A stretch of DNA of 64,000 bases from assembly GCA_016182085.1 (NCBI GenBank), contig JACOYB010000004.1, positions 147,923 to 211,922 of the forward strand, in the 5' to 3' direction. This DNA is from Candidatus Magasanikiibacteriota bacterium (GTDB taxonomy: Bacteria > Patescibacteriota > Patescibacteriia > Magasanikbacterales > GWA2-37-8). Positions 46,746 through 56,693 of this stretch are shown one piece after another. Made by a program: the position numbers and the translations under genes. The notes beneath the pieces are model-generated. The model ran no database searches, was not told the origin of the DNA, and was given only the letters and a program-made list of their open reading frames with translations. Position 1 is the first letter of the stretch. Each line of letters begins with the position of its first letter.

Positions 46746-47735
46746 TTAGCGTCTGTTCATCATCTGTTGTTCTTGTTTTCTCAGATCTTTTCTTTGGTTT
46801 TGTCTGGCTACGATTTGTTGCAATTTCATTAGTTGCGCCCGCCAGAATTGTTGTTGTTTCTCCAGTTTTTCTATCATGTTAATAATTTGATTAGTCATTT
46901 TCCCTTTAAATAGGGGAAACTTGCCGATAAAGAACAGTATGCCCAGAAAAGTTATCCAAATGGGGGATATTAAAATTATAATGATTGGAAGAATAATTGT
47001 TTCTAAAGTTTTAATTGTCATTTGCAGACAAGACCATCTGTCTACAAACGCTGCGTCCATAAAGGCCGTAAAAAGTTTGAAGGCTTTAAGAGTTCCAATA
47101 AGGCTGGTAATTGCCGTAAGCGCGACAGTTAGACCAGCAATTCTGGCCTTGAAGGATCCGTGGGTGGCTTGTTTTTTTAAGGTTTCAACCAAATTATCCA
47201 CCAGGAATGTTATATTTGGCTTGAAAAAAGATAAAAATCTTTTAGTTCTGGTTTGTTTAAATCCATTAAGTTCGTTTATCAGCTGGTCTGCTTCCTGATC
47301 CAGCTTTTGTTCTTGCATTTTTAACTGCATAAGCATGCTTTGTCTTTGCGAGGCCATGGCCGCAGCGGTCTGTGTTTGCTGGTCTGGAGCCAGCTGTGTT
47401 TGCTGGGGTTCTGGTTTTGGAGGCTGCTGGTAATTTTGTTCAGGAAAGCCTAAGTCTTCATCTGTTAAAGCGGCATCTTCCGGTTCGTCATTTTCTTCAT
47501 TATTTCCCAGATTTTCTTCAGGTTGATCTTCTTCAGTCGGAGCGGCTATTTTTTCTTGGGCTGCTTTACGAGCGCGATTGGCAGCTAAAAAATTTGCCAC
47601 CCCAGCTTCTGTTTGTGATTTTGGAATGATAATTTTTTTGGGACTAGAAGAGCGGCGTCGGTTTGTTGAACCGCCAAGCCAAGGGTTAAATGTGTTTGAT
47701 CCAGCCTCCCCGGGGTTTAGCTGCTGTCCCTCCAT
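46746..47735 (-). CDS. Hypothetical membrane protein with acidic/Gln-rich N-terminus and coiled coils
   Basis: 329-aa ORF co-oriented in the operon; hydrophobic helices near the C-terminus. Confidence 0.65.
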   Translation of the reverse strand: MEGQQLNPGEAGSNTFNPWLGGSTNRRRSSSPKKIIIPKSQTEAGVANFLAANRARKAAQEKIAAPTEEDQPEENLGNNEENDEPEDAALTDEDLGFPEQNYQQPPKPEPQQTQLAPDQQTQTAAAMASQRQSMLMQLKMQEQKLDQEADQLINELNGFKQTRTKRFLSFFKPNITFLVDNLVETLKKQATHGSFKARIAGLTVALTAITSLIGTLKAFKLFTAFMDAAFVDRWSCLQMTIKTLETIILPIIIILISPIWITFLGILFFIGKFPLFKGKMTNQIINMIEKLEKQQQFWRAQLMKLQQIVARQNQRKDLRKQEQQMMNRR

Positions 47736-47741
47736 ATAATT

Positions 47742-50234
47742 TTAATTTATGGCCAATTTATTTTCTTGTAAAACAAGTTTATGTGAAGATTTAGTTTTGT
47801 TTTGCAGGATCCGCCGGCCGATAATTTTTTCAACATCTTTTCGGATTCGTCTTCTGATTTCCCGGGCCGTATGCTGTTCCGGCATTTGACCGACAAACCA
47901 TTCAAATATTTTTTTGTCTGAGTTTATTTTGGTGCGATAGGCTTCCAGCTGTTTGTTGAGCTCGTTTATTTCCAGGGCGGCAATTTTGGCCAGATCATCT
48001 TTGTTTAAGGTATTAAATACAAAAACTTGGTCAAGCCTGTTTATAAGTTCGGGAGAGAAAAACTCTTTCAGTTTGGCGGTAATTTGTTTTTTATTTTCCG
48101 CGTAATTTATGGCTTTATCAAAACCGATTTGTGATTTTTTTATCTCTTCGGCGCCCAGCGACGTAGTTAAAATAATTGTCGCGTGCTTGAGCGACACCAT
48201 TCGGCCGGTGGAATCGGTAATGGATCCGTTTTCCAAAATCTGCAGTAATAATTTGGTAACATCTTTATGCGCTTTGTCTACTTCATCAAAAATAATTACG
48301 CAGTGCGGATTCATCTTCACCCGATCGGTGAATTGGTTTGTTTCTTTATAACCAACATAGCCGGCAGGGGAGCCAAGCAGTTTTGAAACACCGAAACTCT
48401 CGTTAAATTCACTCATGTTTAAGTGAATAAGGGAATTTTGGTGCGGATAAAGCGCCCGGGCCAGAGATTTGGCCAATTCGGTTTTACCCACGCCGCTCTC
48501 GCCGGCAAACAAAAATGAAGCCAGCGGGCGGTTGGGGCTGGAAAGTTCCAGCTGTGATTGCAATATTACCTCCGATACTTCCCGCACCACGTCATCCTGG
48601 CCAATAATATATTTTTTCAGTTCGGCTTCCAGATCGGACAGTTCTTTTTTTTCAGAAAACAATGTATTTTTTATCGGCGCGTCAATCATGTTCGCTAGTT
48701 GGACGGCGATATCCCGCTCAGTTATAAGAATTGATTTTTGGTTCGTTTTTTTAGCGCCGGTTTTTTCTTCCAATGATTTTATTTCTTTAGCCAGTATTTT
48801 TTCTTTCTCTTTTAATTTTACGGCCTCATCAAAATGATCGTGGCTGGCCGCCGCTTCTTTGTCGGTAATGGTTTGCTGCAAGTCTTGTTTAAGCTTCCAC
48901 AGCTTGGACTTAGCGGCGCTGGTTTTTATGGTGAGTCGTTTGGCCGCCGCAGTTTCGTCTAGCAAGTCTATGGCTTTGTCGGGCAGTAATTTATTGGAAA
49001 TATAGCGGTCGGCAAGCATCGCGGCTTTGGTGATAGCTTTATCGGAAATTTGCACAGTATGATAATCCTCGTAGTTCTTTTTTATGCCCATCATGATTTT
49101 AATCGTATCGGCAACGCTTGATTCCTTCACGTGAATAGGCTGGAAACGTCTTTCCAGAGCCGGATCATTTTCTATATGTTTTTTAAATTCTGTGGGGGTA
49201 GTGGCGCCAATACAGCGGATCTGTCCGCGCGCCAAAGCCGGTTTTAAGATATTGCCCGCGTCCATGCTGCCCTGATTGGAACCCGCGCCAACGATATTAT
49301 GCAGCTCATCAATAAACAAAATTATATCCGGATTATTAGCAGCTTCTTCTATAACTTGTTTCAGCCTGCCTTCAAATTCACCGCGGTAGGCAGTGCCGGC
49401 AATAAGCAGGCCCATATCCAGAGCATAGATTTTTTTGTGCAGCAAGGCATCAGGCACATCACCAGCCGCGATTTTTTTGGCGAGTCCTTCTACGATAGCG
49501 GTTTTGCCTACGCCCGGATCGCCCAGTAGTATGGGGTTGTTTTTGGTGCGGCGGCACAAAATTTGCATCATGCGTTCAATTTCGCGAGTGCGTCCGATTA
49601 CCGGATCAATGCCCGATTGCATTTCGGCGCTCGTAAGATCAACGGCAAAAAAATCCAAAACACTATCCTTTTTATTTTTTTTGTTTGCGGCGGCGTAAGA
49701 ATGGGTATGCGGCATAGTTAAATCTTCGGACAGGCTTTCTTGGATTTGGTCCATAATTTCCGGAACTTTATTTATTTGCGGAAATTGAGAAGCGTTGGTT
49801 AAGACAATTTCCAGCTGTTCTTCCAGTTCCTTTTTTTGAACTTTTTTATTTTTTAATAACTGTTCCAAGCGCTCATCTTTGCTGCCGAGCAGCGCGAGCA
49901 AGAGATGTTCTGTGCCTAGGTAGTTATGGTTATGTTGCTGAGCGATCACCAAAGATTTTTCTAACACGGCTTTTGAACTTGCCGAAAAGGGGAATAAACT
50001 AATTTTAAGTTTTGCTTCCGGCAATGTTTTAGAGCCGGTAAGGCCGGCTTCAATGGTTTTCGTGTCTAAATGATAACGATTTAAGACTTCACTTGCCATT
50101 GATCCTTTTTGCATAGATAGGGCAAGCAAAAGATGGGTCGGTTCTACCGAATTATTTTTAAGGTCCGTGGCAATGTTTATGCTGTTGATCAGGACCTCTC
50201 GTAAATTAGTTGAAAAGCGGTCAATTATGCTCAT
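47742..50234 (-). CDS. clpC: ATP-dependent Clp protease ATP-binding subunit (ClpC-like)
   Basis: Clp-N repeats; GDPGVGKT, FIDELH, GESGVGKT, DEVDKAH; short M-domain; IGF loop. Confidence 0.9.
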   Translation of the reverse strand: MSIIDRFSTNLREVLINSINIATDLKNNSVEPTHLLLALSMQKGSMASEVLNRYHLDTKTIEAGLTGSKTLPEAKLKISLFPFSASSKAVLEKSLVIAQQHNHNYLGTEHLLLALLGSKDERLEQLLKNKKVQKKELEEQLEIVLTNASQFPQINKVPEIMDQIQESLSEDLTMPHTHSYAAANKKNKKDSVLDFFAVDLTSAEMQSGIDPVIGRTREIERMMQILCRRTKNNPILLGDPGVGKTAIVEGLAKKIAAGDVPDALLHKKIYALDMGLLIAGTAYRGEFEGRLKQVIEEAANNPDIILFIDELHNIVGAGSNQGSMDAGNILKPALARGQIRCIGATTPTEFKKHIENDPALERRFQPIHVKESSVADTIKIMMGIKKNYEDYHTVQISDKAITKAAMLADRYISNKLLPDKAIDLLDETAAAKRLTIKTSAAKSKLWKLKQDLQQTITDKEAAASHDHFDEAVKLKEKEKILAKEIKSLEEKTGAKKTNQKSILITERDIAVQLANMIDAPIKNTLFSEKKELSDLEAELKKYIIGQDDVVREVSEVILQSQLELSSPNRPLASFLFAGESGVGKTELAKSLARALYPHQNSLIHLNMSEFNESFGVSKLLGSPAGYVGYKETNQFTDRVKMNPHCVIIFDEVDKAHKDVTKLLLQILENGSITDSTGRMVSLKHATIILTTSLGAEEIKKSQIGFDKAINYAENKKQITAKLKEFFSPELINRLDQVFVFNTLNKDDLAKIAALEINELNKQLEAYRTKINSDKKIFEWFVGQMPEQHTAREIRRRIRKDVEKIIGRRILQNKTKSSHKLVLQENKLAIN

Positions 50235-50321
50235 AAAAAATGAGTTATTATTGCTGTTTTTTTTATTGTAATATATACTAAATTGACCGTTAAGTCAAAG
50301 AGTTTTTACTATATATTTGCT

Positions 50322-51686
50322 ATGAAAATTGCTGAGCATATATTTAAAACATACGATATTCGAGGCCTGTATCCAGAAGAGTTAAACGAAGACGTGGCCT
50401 ACCGAACCGGCCGGGCGTTTGCGGAATTGATTAAGAAGGAAATACCTCGTTCCGATATTACGGTGGCCGTGGGCCAGGATATGAGAATCTCCTCGCCAAG
50501 TCTGTTTGAAGCGGTGGTAAAAGGCATTACCGATCAAGGGCTAAGCGTGGTGGATATTGGGCTTGTTTCTACCCCTACATTTTATTTTGGCGTCAGTTTT
50601 TATGGGTATGATGCCGGGCTGCAGGTTTCGGCGTCCCATAATCCGGGGAAATATAACGGGTTTAAAATGACGCGAGCAAACGCTGTGCCGATTAGCGGTG
50701 ATACCGGTATTTTGGAAATACGGGATATGGTGGTTAAAAATGAGTTTCCGGAAGTGGAGAAAAAAGGGTCGGTATCCAAACGCGAGGGAGTGCTGCCAGA
50801 GCAAATACAATTTGCTTTAACGTATGTCAATAAAGAACAAATTAAACCGTTTAAAATCGTAGTTGATACGGCCAACGGCATGGGCGGGCCGCTGGTGGAA
50901 GAGCTGTTTAAATTTTTGCCGTGCGAACTTATAAAAATGTATTTTGAGTTGGATGGAAATTTTCCTAATCATGAAGCCGATCCGTTAAAGGACGAGAATA
51001 ATGAAGCCTTGCAGAAAAAAGTCGTGGAAGTGGGCGCGGATTTTGGCGTGGCGCTTGATGGCGACGCGGATAGAATATTTTTTATAGATAACACCGGTAA
51101 GACAGTTGAGCCAGCCATAGTGCGCGGCATACTCGCCCAGATTTTTTTGCGCGATAATCCCGGGGCGAAAATTTGTTATGATATTCGCCCTGGAAAAATT
51201 ACTATAGACATGATAACCGAAGCCGGCGGCGTGCCGGTAGTAACCAGAGTCGGCCACTCGCTCATTAAAGAAAAGATGCGTGAAATTGATTCCGTGTTTG
51301 CGGGTGAGTCATCCGGACATTTTTTTGTGAAGATGCCGCACGGGACTTTTGAAGTGCCGGAAATTATCACGCTTAAAATACTTGAAGAACTTTCACGAAG
51401 CGGTCAAACAATGCGTGAATATGTGCAGCCGCTAGAGCGATATATTCATTCTGGAGAAATCAATTTTGCGGTTACAGACAAGGCAGCCGTGTTTGCGAAA
51501 TTGAAAGAAAAATATGGGCAGAATTTGCAATATGATTTTGACGGCCTTAGTTTTACCTGGCCCGATTGGTGGTTTAACGTCCGCGCGTCAAATACGGAAA
51601 ATAAAATGCGTTTGAATTTGGAATCAACCAGTGAAGAAGTGATGAAAGAAAAAACAAAAGAGGTAAGCGAAATAATTAAATCTTAA
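50322..51686 (+). CDS. Phosphomannomutase/phosphoglucomutase
   Basis: FKTYDIRG, SASHNP, DGDADR, GESSGH, VRASNTE. Confidence 0.93.
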   Translation: MKIAEHIFKTYDIRGLYPEELNEDVAYRTGRAFAELIKKEIPRSDITVAVGQDMRISSPSLFEAVVKGITDQGLSVVDIGLVSTPTFYFGVSFYGYDAGLQVSASHNPGKYNGFKMTRANAVPISGDTGILEIRDMVVKNEFPEVEKKGSVSKREGVLPEQIQFALTYVNKEQIKPFKIVVDTANGMGGPLVEELFKFLPCELIKMYFELDGNFPNHEADPLKDENNEALQKKVVEVGADFGVALDGDADRIFFIDNTGKTVEPAIVRGILAQIFLRDNPGAKICYDIRPGKITIDMITEAGGVPVVTRVGHSLIKEKMREIDSVFAGESSGHFFVKMPHGTFEVPEIITLKILEELSRSGQTMREYVQPLERYIHSGEINFAVTDKAAVFAKLKEKYGQNLQYDFDGLSFTWPDWWFNVRASNTENKMRLNLESTSEEVMKEKTKEVSEIIKS

Positions 51687-51696
51687 TTTTAATTAT

Positions 51697-52026
51697 ATGC
51701 CTAAAAAATCCAACATGCCGACCAGCCCTGCTGTTCACTGGTTGGGCAAAAAAGTGAGCTCGACCAGGCAAAATCAAGAAAATGAGAAAGATGAGTTGTA
51801 TAACAGGCGTTTGCAAATCGCGACCAGAATAAAACAGGCAAGTTTAAAACCAAAAATGTTTTTCAAAGCTAATTTGGAAGATGATTTGCGCGTTTTTGAA
51901 TATGTCGTGCAGAAAATTGACCGGCTTTCGGGAGAAGTATTTTTAAAAAATGAACGTGGCACGGTACGAAAACTTTCGGTATTTGATAAGCTTTTTGGGC
52001 CTAAAGCAGAGACGCGGACTCGTTAA
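51697..52026 (+). CDS. Small basic hypothetical protein
   Basis: 109-aa ORF right after the PMM gene, with a host-like AT-rich start. Confidence 0.5.
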   Translation: MPKKSNMPTSPAVHWLGKKVSSTRQNQENEKDELYNRRLQIATRIKQASLKPKMFFKANLEDDLRVFEYVVQKIDRLSGEVFLKNERGTVRKLSVFDKLFGPKAETRTR

Positions 52027-52901
52027 GCCATCTCCCTTAACTTTTTTATACGGTCTTCTATCGGCGGGTGAGTAGAGAAGAAACTGGCAAATTTTTTTCC
52101 AGAAAAGGGGTTGGCAAAAAATAAATGCGCCGTGGCTGTGTCTGCTTTAATCATTGGTTGATTTTGCGCGGCGATTTTTTCTAAGGCCTTAGCCAAACCT
52201 TCGGGGTAGCGGGTAAGCAGCGACCCGGAAGCATCGGCCAAGTATTCGCGGCGTCTGGAAATTGCCAATTTTATAATTTCAGCTACCACCGGAGCTAAAA
52301 TGCCAAAAAATAATCCGACAATCATAAGTATTACTCCGGCATTGCCATTGTCGCGGTTGCGCCGGCTGGACCTGATAGTATGAAAAAATATATTGGAAAG
52401 CATGGAAATCGCGCCTACCAGCACTACCACCAAAGTCATAAATCTGATGTCGTAATTTTGCACATGCGACAGTTCGTGAGCCAATACGCCTTCTAATTCT
52501 TCGTTGGTTAATTGCTCCAAAGCGCCGCGAGTGACGGCAATAGTGGCTGTTTCCGGATTACGGCCTGTGGCCAAAGCGTTTATGGCTGAATCTTCAATAA
52601 TATAAATTTTGGGCGCGGGCAGGCCGGAAGTAATACAAAGATTTTCTACCATTCTATAAAGATAAGCATTTTCTTCTTTGGTAATCGGTTTGGCGCCGGT
52701 AGACCACAAAGCGATTTTGTCTCCTTTAAAATATGAAATAAGGGTCATGCCAAAAGAAAATCCAACGGCAAAAAGTACGCCGCCGTAATTGCCAAGGCCG
52801 CTGGATATATCAAAAAGATAACCTAAGCCGATGATGATAAGAATAAACACCATCATTAGCGCCACCGATTGTCTTTTATTGGAGGTTATTTGAGAGTACA
52901 T
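52023..52901 (-). CDS. htpX: Zinc metalloprotease HtpX (M48)
   Basis: ATGRNPE, GVLAHELSH, ISRRREYLAD, FSTHPP. Confidence 0.93.
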   Translation of the reverse strand: MYSQITSNKRQSVALMMVFILIIIGLGYLFDISSGLGNYGGVLFAVGFSFGMTLISYFKGDKIALWSTGAKPITKEENAYLYRMVENLCITSGLPAPKIYIIEDSAINALATGRNPETATIAVTRGALEQLTNEELEGVLAHELSHVQNYDIRFMTLVVVLVGAISMLSNIFFHTIRSSRRNRDNGNAGVILMIVGLFFGILAPVVAEIIKLAISRRREYLADASGSLLTRYPEGLAKALEKIAAQNQPMIKADTATAHLFFANPFSGKKFASFFSTHPPIEDRIKKLREMA

Positions 52902-52903
52902 AT

Positions 52904-53314
52904 TTATTTTGTAGCTGCTATTTCCATTTCAGCTTTATTTTTTTTCGTGTCTATTTCTATAAAAATTAAAGGCCAGACAGGTCCAGTAAAATTTTTGTTT
53001 TGGTACCAATGACCGACTAAATTTTTGGAGCCTAGTAAAGGTTGGTTGTGGGGTTCGTCCTGTAAAGAGAGGTCAACATATTTCGCCACGCCTGTTCTTA
53101 GGGAGTACAATATTATATCGGATGGTTTAACGCCTGATTTAAGAGCTTGGTTATAAGGTTCAAATAAAATTTTTTTGTGTGGTGGTAAATCTTCAGGGAG
53201 ATATATACCGTATTTGCCCTCGGCTTCAATTTTTTTGCGCATATTTTCAAGTGCCTGGGCATTTGGATTAGCCGCTTCTCTATATAAATTATCAGCTCCT
53301 TCGTGTTTGTTCAT
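52904..53314 (-). CDS. Hypothetical protein, paralogue of 53319..53726
   Basis: Likely start MNKHE; shares LE.M...I..E.K.G..(I/L)P.DL.P and KP.DII.YS motifs with its neighbour. Confidence 0.65.
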   Translation of the reverse strand: MNKHEGADNLYREAANPNAQALENMRKKIEAEGKYGIYLPEDLPPHKKILFEPYNQALKSGVKPSDIILYSLRTGVAKYVDLSLQDEPHNQPLLGSKNLVGHWYQNKNFTGPVWPLIFIEIDTKKNKAEMEIAATK

Positions 53315-53318
53315 ATTA

Positions 53319-53726
53319 TTATAACTCTGTTTTAACACCATTTTTTGTAATTGATACTACATCAAATACATTATCGCTATGATAATAAGATACTTGTAGC
53401 GCGTTTTCCTTACCTGCGTCTGCCCAGGAATATATCGTTGTTGGTATGTTTTCTATAATAAAAGTATCATCGTGTAAATCCGACTTGTAGTTAAATTTTA
53501 ATATTCCAAGTTCTTTAGAATAAAAAATTATATCTTCAGGCTTAAACTGTTCTGCTTTCTTTATTTTCATTGCATCCAAAAAGTCATTAAGAACAGTAAA
53601 TTCATCGCCTGGTCTTAGATCTTTGGGAATTTGTAAGCCAATCTTATCCTCCTTTGCAATTTCTCGCTGCATCTCTTCCAAGGATTTTTTTATGACGAGA
53701 TTTTCGTGCCGCTCTTTTTTATCCAT
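53319..53726 (-). CDS. Hypothetical protein, paralogue of 52904..53314
   Basis: AT-rich ORF tightly packed between lemA and its paralogue. Confidence 0.65.
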   Translation of the reverse strand: MDKKERHENLVIKKSLEEMQREIAKEDKIGLQIPKDLRPGDEFTVLNDFLDAMKIKKAEQFKPEDIIFYSKELGILKFNYKSDLHDDTFIIENIPTTIYSWADAGKENALQVSYYHSDNVFDVVSITKNGVKTEL

Positions 53727-53729
53727 AAA

Positions 53730-54296
53730 CTAGAATTTCACCTGTACATTTTGTTTTTCACCTTCGGCGGCTTGGAAGAATTCGTATTTTGTAAATCCTA
53801 AAGAGTTGGCGATAAGGTTGGTAGGGAAGGTTTCAATTTTAATATTGAAGTCGCGCGTATTGCCGTTGTAGAAGCGGCGGGAAGCCTGTATTTTATTTTC
53901 GGTGTCGCTAATTTCATCTTGAAGTTGCAAGAAGTTTTGGCTAGCTTTTAGGTCTGGGTAATTTTCGGTTACGGCAAACAAAGTTTTTAAGGTGCCGGAA
54001 AGCATGTTTTCGGCATTTTCACGTTCTTTTAGAGTGGCATTTTTGTTGTCGTGTACAGCCATGGCCGCAGTGCGGGCTTCGGTAAGTTTAACCAAAGTTT
54101 GCTGTTCGTGAGTCATGTAGCCTTTTACTGTTTCTACTAAGTTTGGGATAAGGTCGTAGCGGCGTTTGAGCTGGACATCTATATCACTAAGAGCTTCGTT
54201 TACTCTGTTTTTGCCGCGGATTAATCCGTTGTATACGGCAATTAGCCACACAGCTACCAAGGCTAAACCGGCGAGAATTATATATAGGGCGGACAT
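53730..54296 (-). CDS. lemA: LemA family protein
   Basis: IDVQLKRRYDLIPNLV, ENYPDLKAS, ENKIQASRRFYN, FPTNLIA. Confidence 0.95.
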   Translation of the reverse strand: MSALYIILAGLALVAVWLIAVYNGLIRGKNRVNEALSDIDVQLKRRYDLIPNLVETVKGYMTHEQQTLVKLTEARTAAMAVHDNKNATLKERENAENMLSGTLKTLFAVTENYPDLKASQNFLQLQDEISDTENKIQASRRFYNGNTRDFNIKIETFPTNLIANSLGFTKYEFFQAAEGEKQNVQVKF

Positions 54297-54486
54297 ATAT
54301 GTTTGTTATTTATGAATTAAGCAGTGCCTATTGGCTTTTTTATGCAGATATTATATGATATGCGAAGTGAGTGATAAGTAAAAATTAATTTTTACTTATC
54401 CGAACGAGAATATCATATACCTTAGTATATGATATAGCTATAGAAAATACAAGGTTTTGAACTGGTTTATTTAATTTACAAATTTT

Positions 54487-55659
54487 ATGGTAACTCTGCT
54501 TATTTTTATCGCCGTTCTGGCCGTACTCGTCATCTCCCATGAATGGGGTCATTTTGTGGTTGCGCGCAAAAGCGGCATGAAAGTCTATGAATTTGGCTTT
54601 GGCTTTCCGCCGCGACTTTTTGGCATACAAAAAATAAAAGATGAGCAAGGTAACAGTAAATGGCGTTTTATCTGGGGCCGAAAAGCAGATGAAGAAGCGG
54701 GGGAAACCGTATATTCTTTTAATATTATTCCGCTGGGCGGCTTTGTGCGTATTAAAGGCGAAGACGGCCAGGAAGTTGGGCCAGACAGTTTTGCGGCGCA
54801 AAAAGCCTGGAAAAGAGCAGTTACGTTAATGGCCGGCGTTGGCATGAATATTGTTACGGCTTTTATTTTACTTTCGGTTGGTTTTATGATCGGCGCGCCG
54901 CAGGCCGTAGATAGTTTGCCCCCAGGCACTACCGCGGAAAATAGACACATAGAAATTATAGAATTAATTGCGGATAAGCCAGCAGCCGCAGCCGGTCTGC
55001 AATCCGGCGATATTATCGTAAGTTTAGATAATCTGCAAAATCCGAGCGTGAAAGCTATGCAGGAATATGTAGATGCTAATAAAAATAAAGATATAAAAGT
55101 TACAGTGAAACGAGGAGATAACACTATAGAAAAAAATATTCGCCCGTTTGTATATGAAGATACCGGAAAAGGCGGTTTGGGCGTAAGTCTTATAGAGGTC
55201 GGGCTGGTACGCTATCCGTGGTATAGGGCTATTTATTACGGCTTGATCATGACCGGATTGTATTTAAAAGAAATTTTGTTTTCATTTTATTATCTAATTT
55301 CCGGATTATTTGCCGGCGCGCCGGTGGGTGAATCTTTGTCTGGCCCGATAGGCATAGCGGTCATGACCGGTAAAGTCGCCAAATTAGGATTTAGTTACTT
55401 GTTAAATTTTATGGCTTTGTTATCGCTTAATCTGGCTGTGTTAAATGCCTTGCCCATCCCGGCGCTTGATGGCGGAAGGCTGCTATTTTTGATCATCAGC
55501 AAACTTAAAGGCAAGCCGGTTGAACAGCGGTATGAACAGATAGCGCATGGAGTTGGATTTGTACTATTAATTTCTTTGGTTGTGTTAATCACCGTAAAAG
55601 ACCTGGGGAATTTTAAAGGATTGTTTGTTAGTTTATTTCAAAAAGTGATCGGATCATAA
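54487..55659 (+). CDS. rseP: RIP metalloprotease RseP (M50 + PDZ)
   Basis: HEWGH, PLGGFV, AGVGMN, PDZ domain, SGPIGI, NALPIPALDGG. Confidence 0.93.
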   Translation: MVTLLIFIAVLAVLVISHEWGHFVVARKSGMKVYEFGFGFPPRLFGIQKIKDEQGNSKWRFIWGRKADEEAGETVYSFNIIPLGGFVRIKGEDGQEVGPDSFAAQKAWKRAVTLMAGVGMNIVTAFILLSVGFMIGAPQAVDSLPPGTTAENRHIEIIELIADKPAAAAGLQSGDIIVSLDNLQNPSVKAMQEYVDANKNKDIKVTVKRGDNTIEKNIRPFVYEDTGKGGLGVSLIEVGLVRYPWYRAIYYGLIMTGLYLKEILFSFYYLISGLFAGAPVGESLSGPIGIAVMTGKVAKLGFSYLLNFMALLSLNLAVLNALPIPALDGGRLLFLIISKLKGKPVEQRYEQIAHGVGFVLLISLVVLITVKDLGNFKGLFVSLFQKVIGS

Positions 55660-55660
55660 T

Positions 55661-56692
55661 ATGCAGGATAAGTTACAACAAATAAAAACCGAAGCCTTGC
55701 TGGCGCTTAAATCCGTTAAGGATAAGATTCAGCTGGAGGAATTGGAAATTAAGTTGTTGGGCCGCAAAGGCGGGCAGCTTACCGAACTTCTTAAAGGATT
55801 AAAAGATTTAAGCGAAGATGCAAAGCGAGAGGTGGGGCAGCTGGCCAATGAAATAAAAAAAGATATTGAAAGCGCGCTTGCAAAAAAGAAAACTGAGTTT
55901 GTGCAGCAAGAAATGGCGGGGTTATTGGAAAAAGAAAATTTAGATATCACGCAGCCGTCCTTACCGCCGAAAGTGTTGGGACATTTACACCCCAATACTA
56001 TTATCCAAAATGATTTGGAAGATTTATTTACTTCCATGGGTTTTATGGTTTTGGATGGGCCGGAACTAGAAAGCGAATATTACAATTTTAGCGCCTTAAA
56101 TATTCCGGCCGACCATCCGGCGCGCGATATGCAGGATACTTTTTATATAAAAGGCCATAGCGATTGGGTGATGAGAACGCACACCTCGCCGATGCAGGTG
56201 CGGGCCATGCAAAAATATGGCACGCCACTGCGAATGATTGTGCCGGGGAAGTGTTTCCGCAACGAAGCAACTGACGTGCGCCATGAACACACATTTTATC
56301 AGTTAGAAGGAGTGGTCGTGGATAAAGATATAAGTTTTGCCCACATGAAAGGCGTGTTGGAGTCGGTTTTTAAACATATTTTTGGCCCGGAAACTAAAAT
56401 TCGTCTGCGTCCGAAATTTTATCCGTTTGTAGAGCCGGGAGTAAATGGTGAAGTGACTTGTTACTTGTGCAAAGGAAAAGGTTGTCGTTTATGCAAGCAA
56501 ACCGGCTGGCTGGAAGTTTTTGGCGCCGGTATGATCCATCCTAATGTGCTAAAGGAAGGCGATATTGATCCAAATATATACCAGGGTTTTGCCTTTGGTT
56601 TTGGGCTTACTCGTTTGGCTATGCTTAAATATGGCATAGAAGATATCCGTCTTTTGGAAAGCGGGAATATGAAATTCCTTGAGCAATTTTAG
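55661..56692 (+). CDS. pheS: Phenylalanine--tRNA ligase alpha subunit
   Basis: HPARDMQDTF, RTHTS, PFVEP, GFAFGFGLTR. Confidence 0.97.
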   Translation: MQDKLQQIKTEALLALKSVKDKIQLEELEIKLLGRKGGQLTELLKGLKDLSEDAKREVGQLANEIKKDIESALAKKKTEFVQQEMAGLLEKENLDITQPSLPPKVLGHLHPNTIIQNDLEDLFTSMGFMVLDGPELESEYYNFSALNIPADHPARDMQDTFYIKGHSDWVMRTHTSPMQVRAMQKYGTPLRMIVPGKCFRNEATDVRHEHTFYQLEGVVVDKDISFAHMKGVLESVFKHIFGPETKIRLRPKFYPFVEPGVNGEVTCYLCKGKGCRLCKQTGWLEVFGAGMIHPNVLKEGDIDPNIYQGFAFGFGLTRLAMLKYGIEDIRLLESGNMKFLEQF

Positions 56693-56693
56693 G

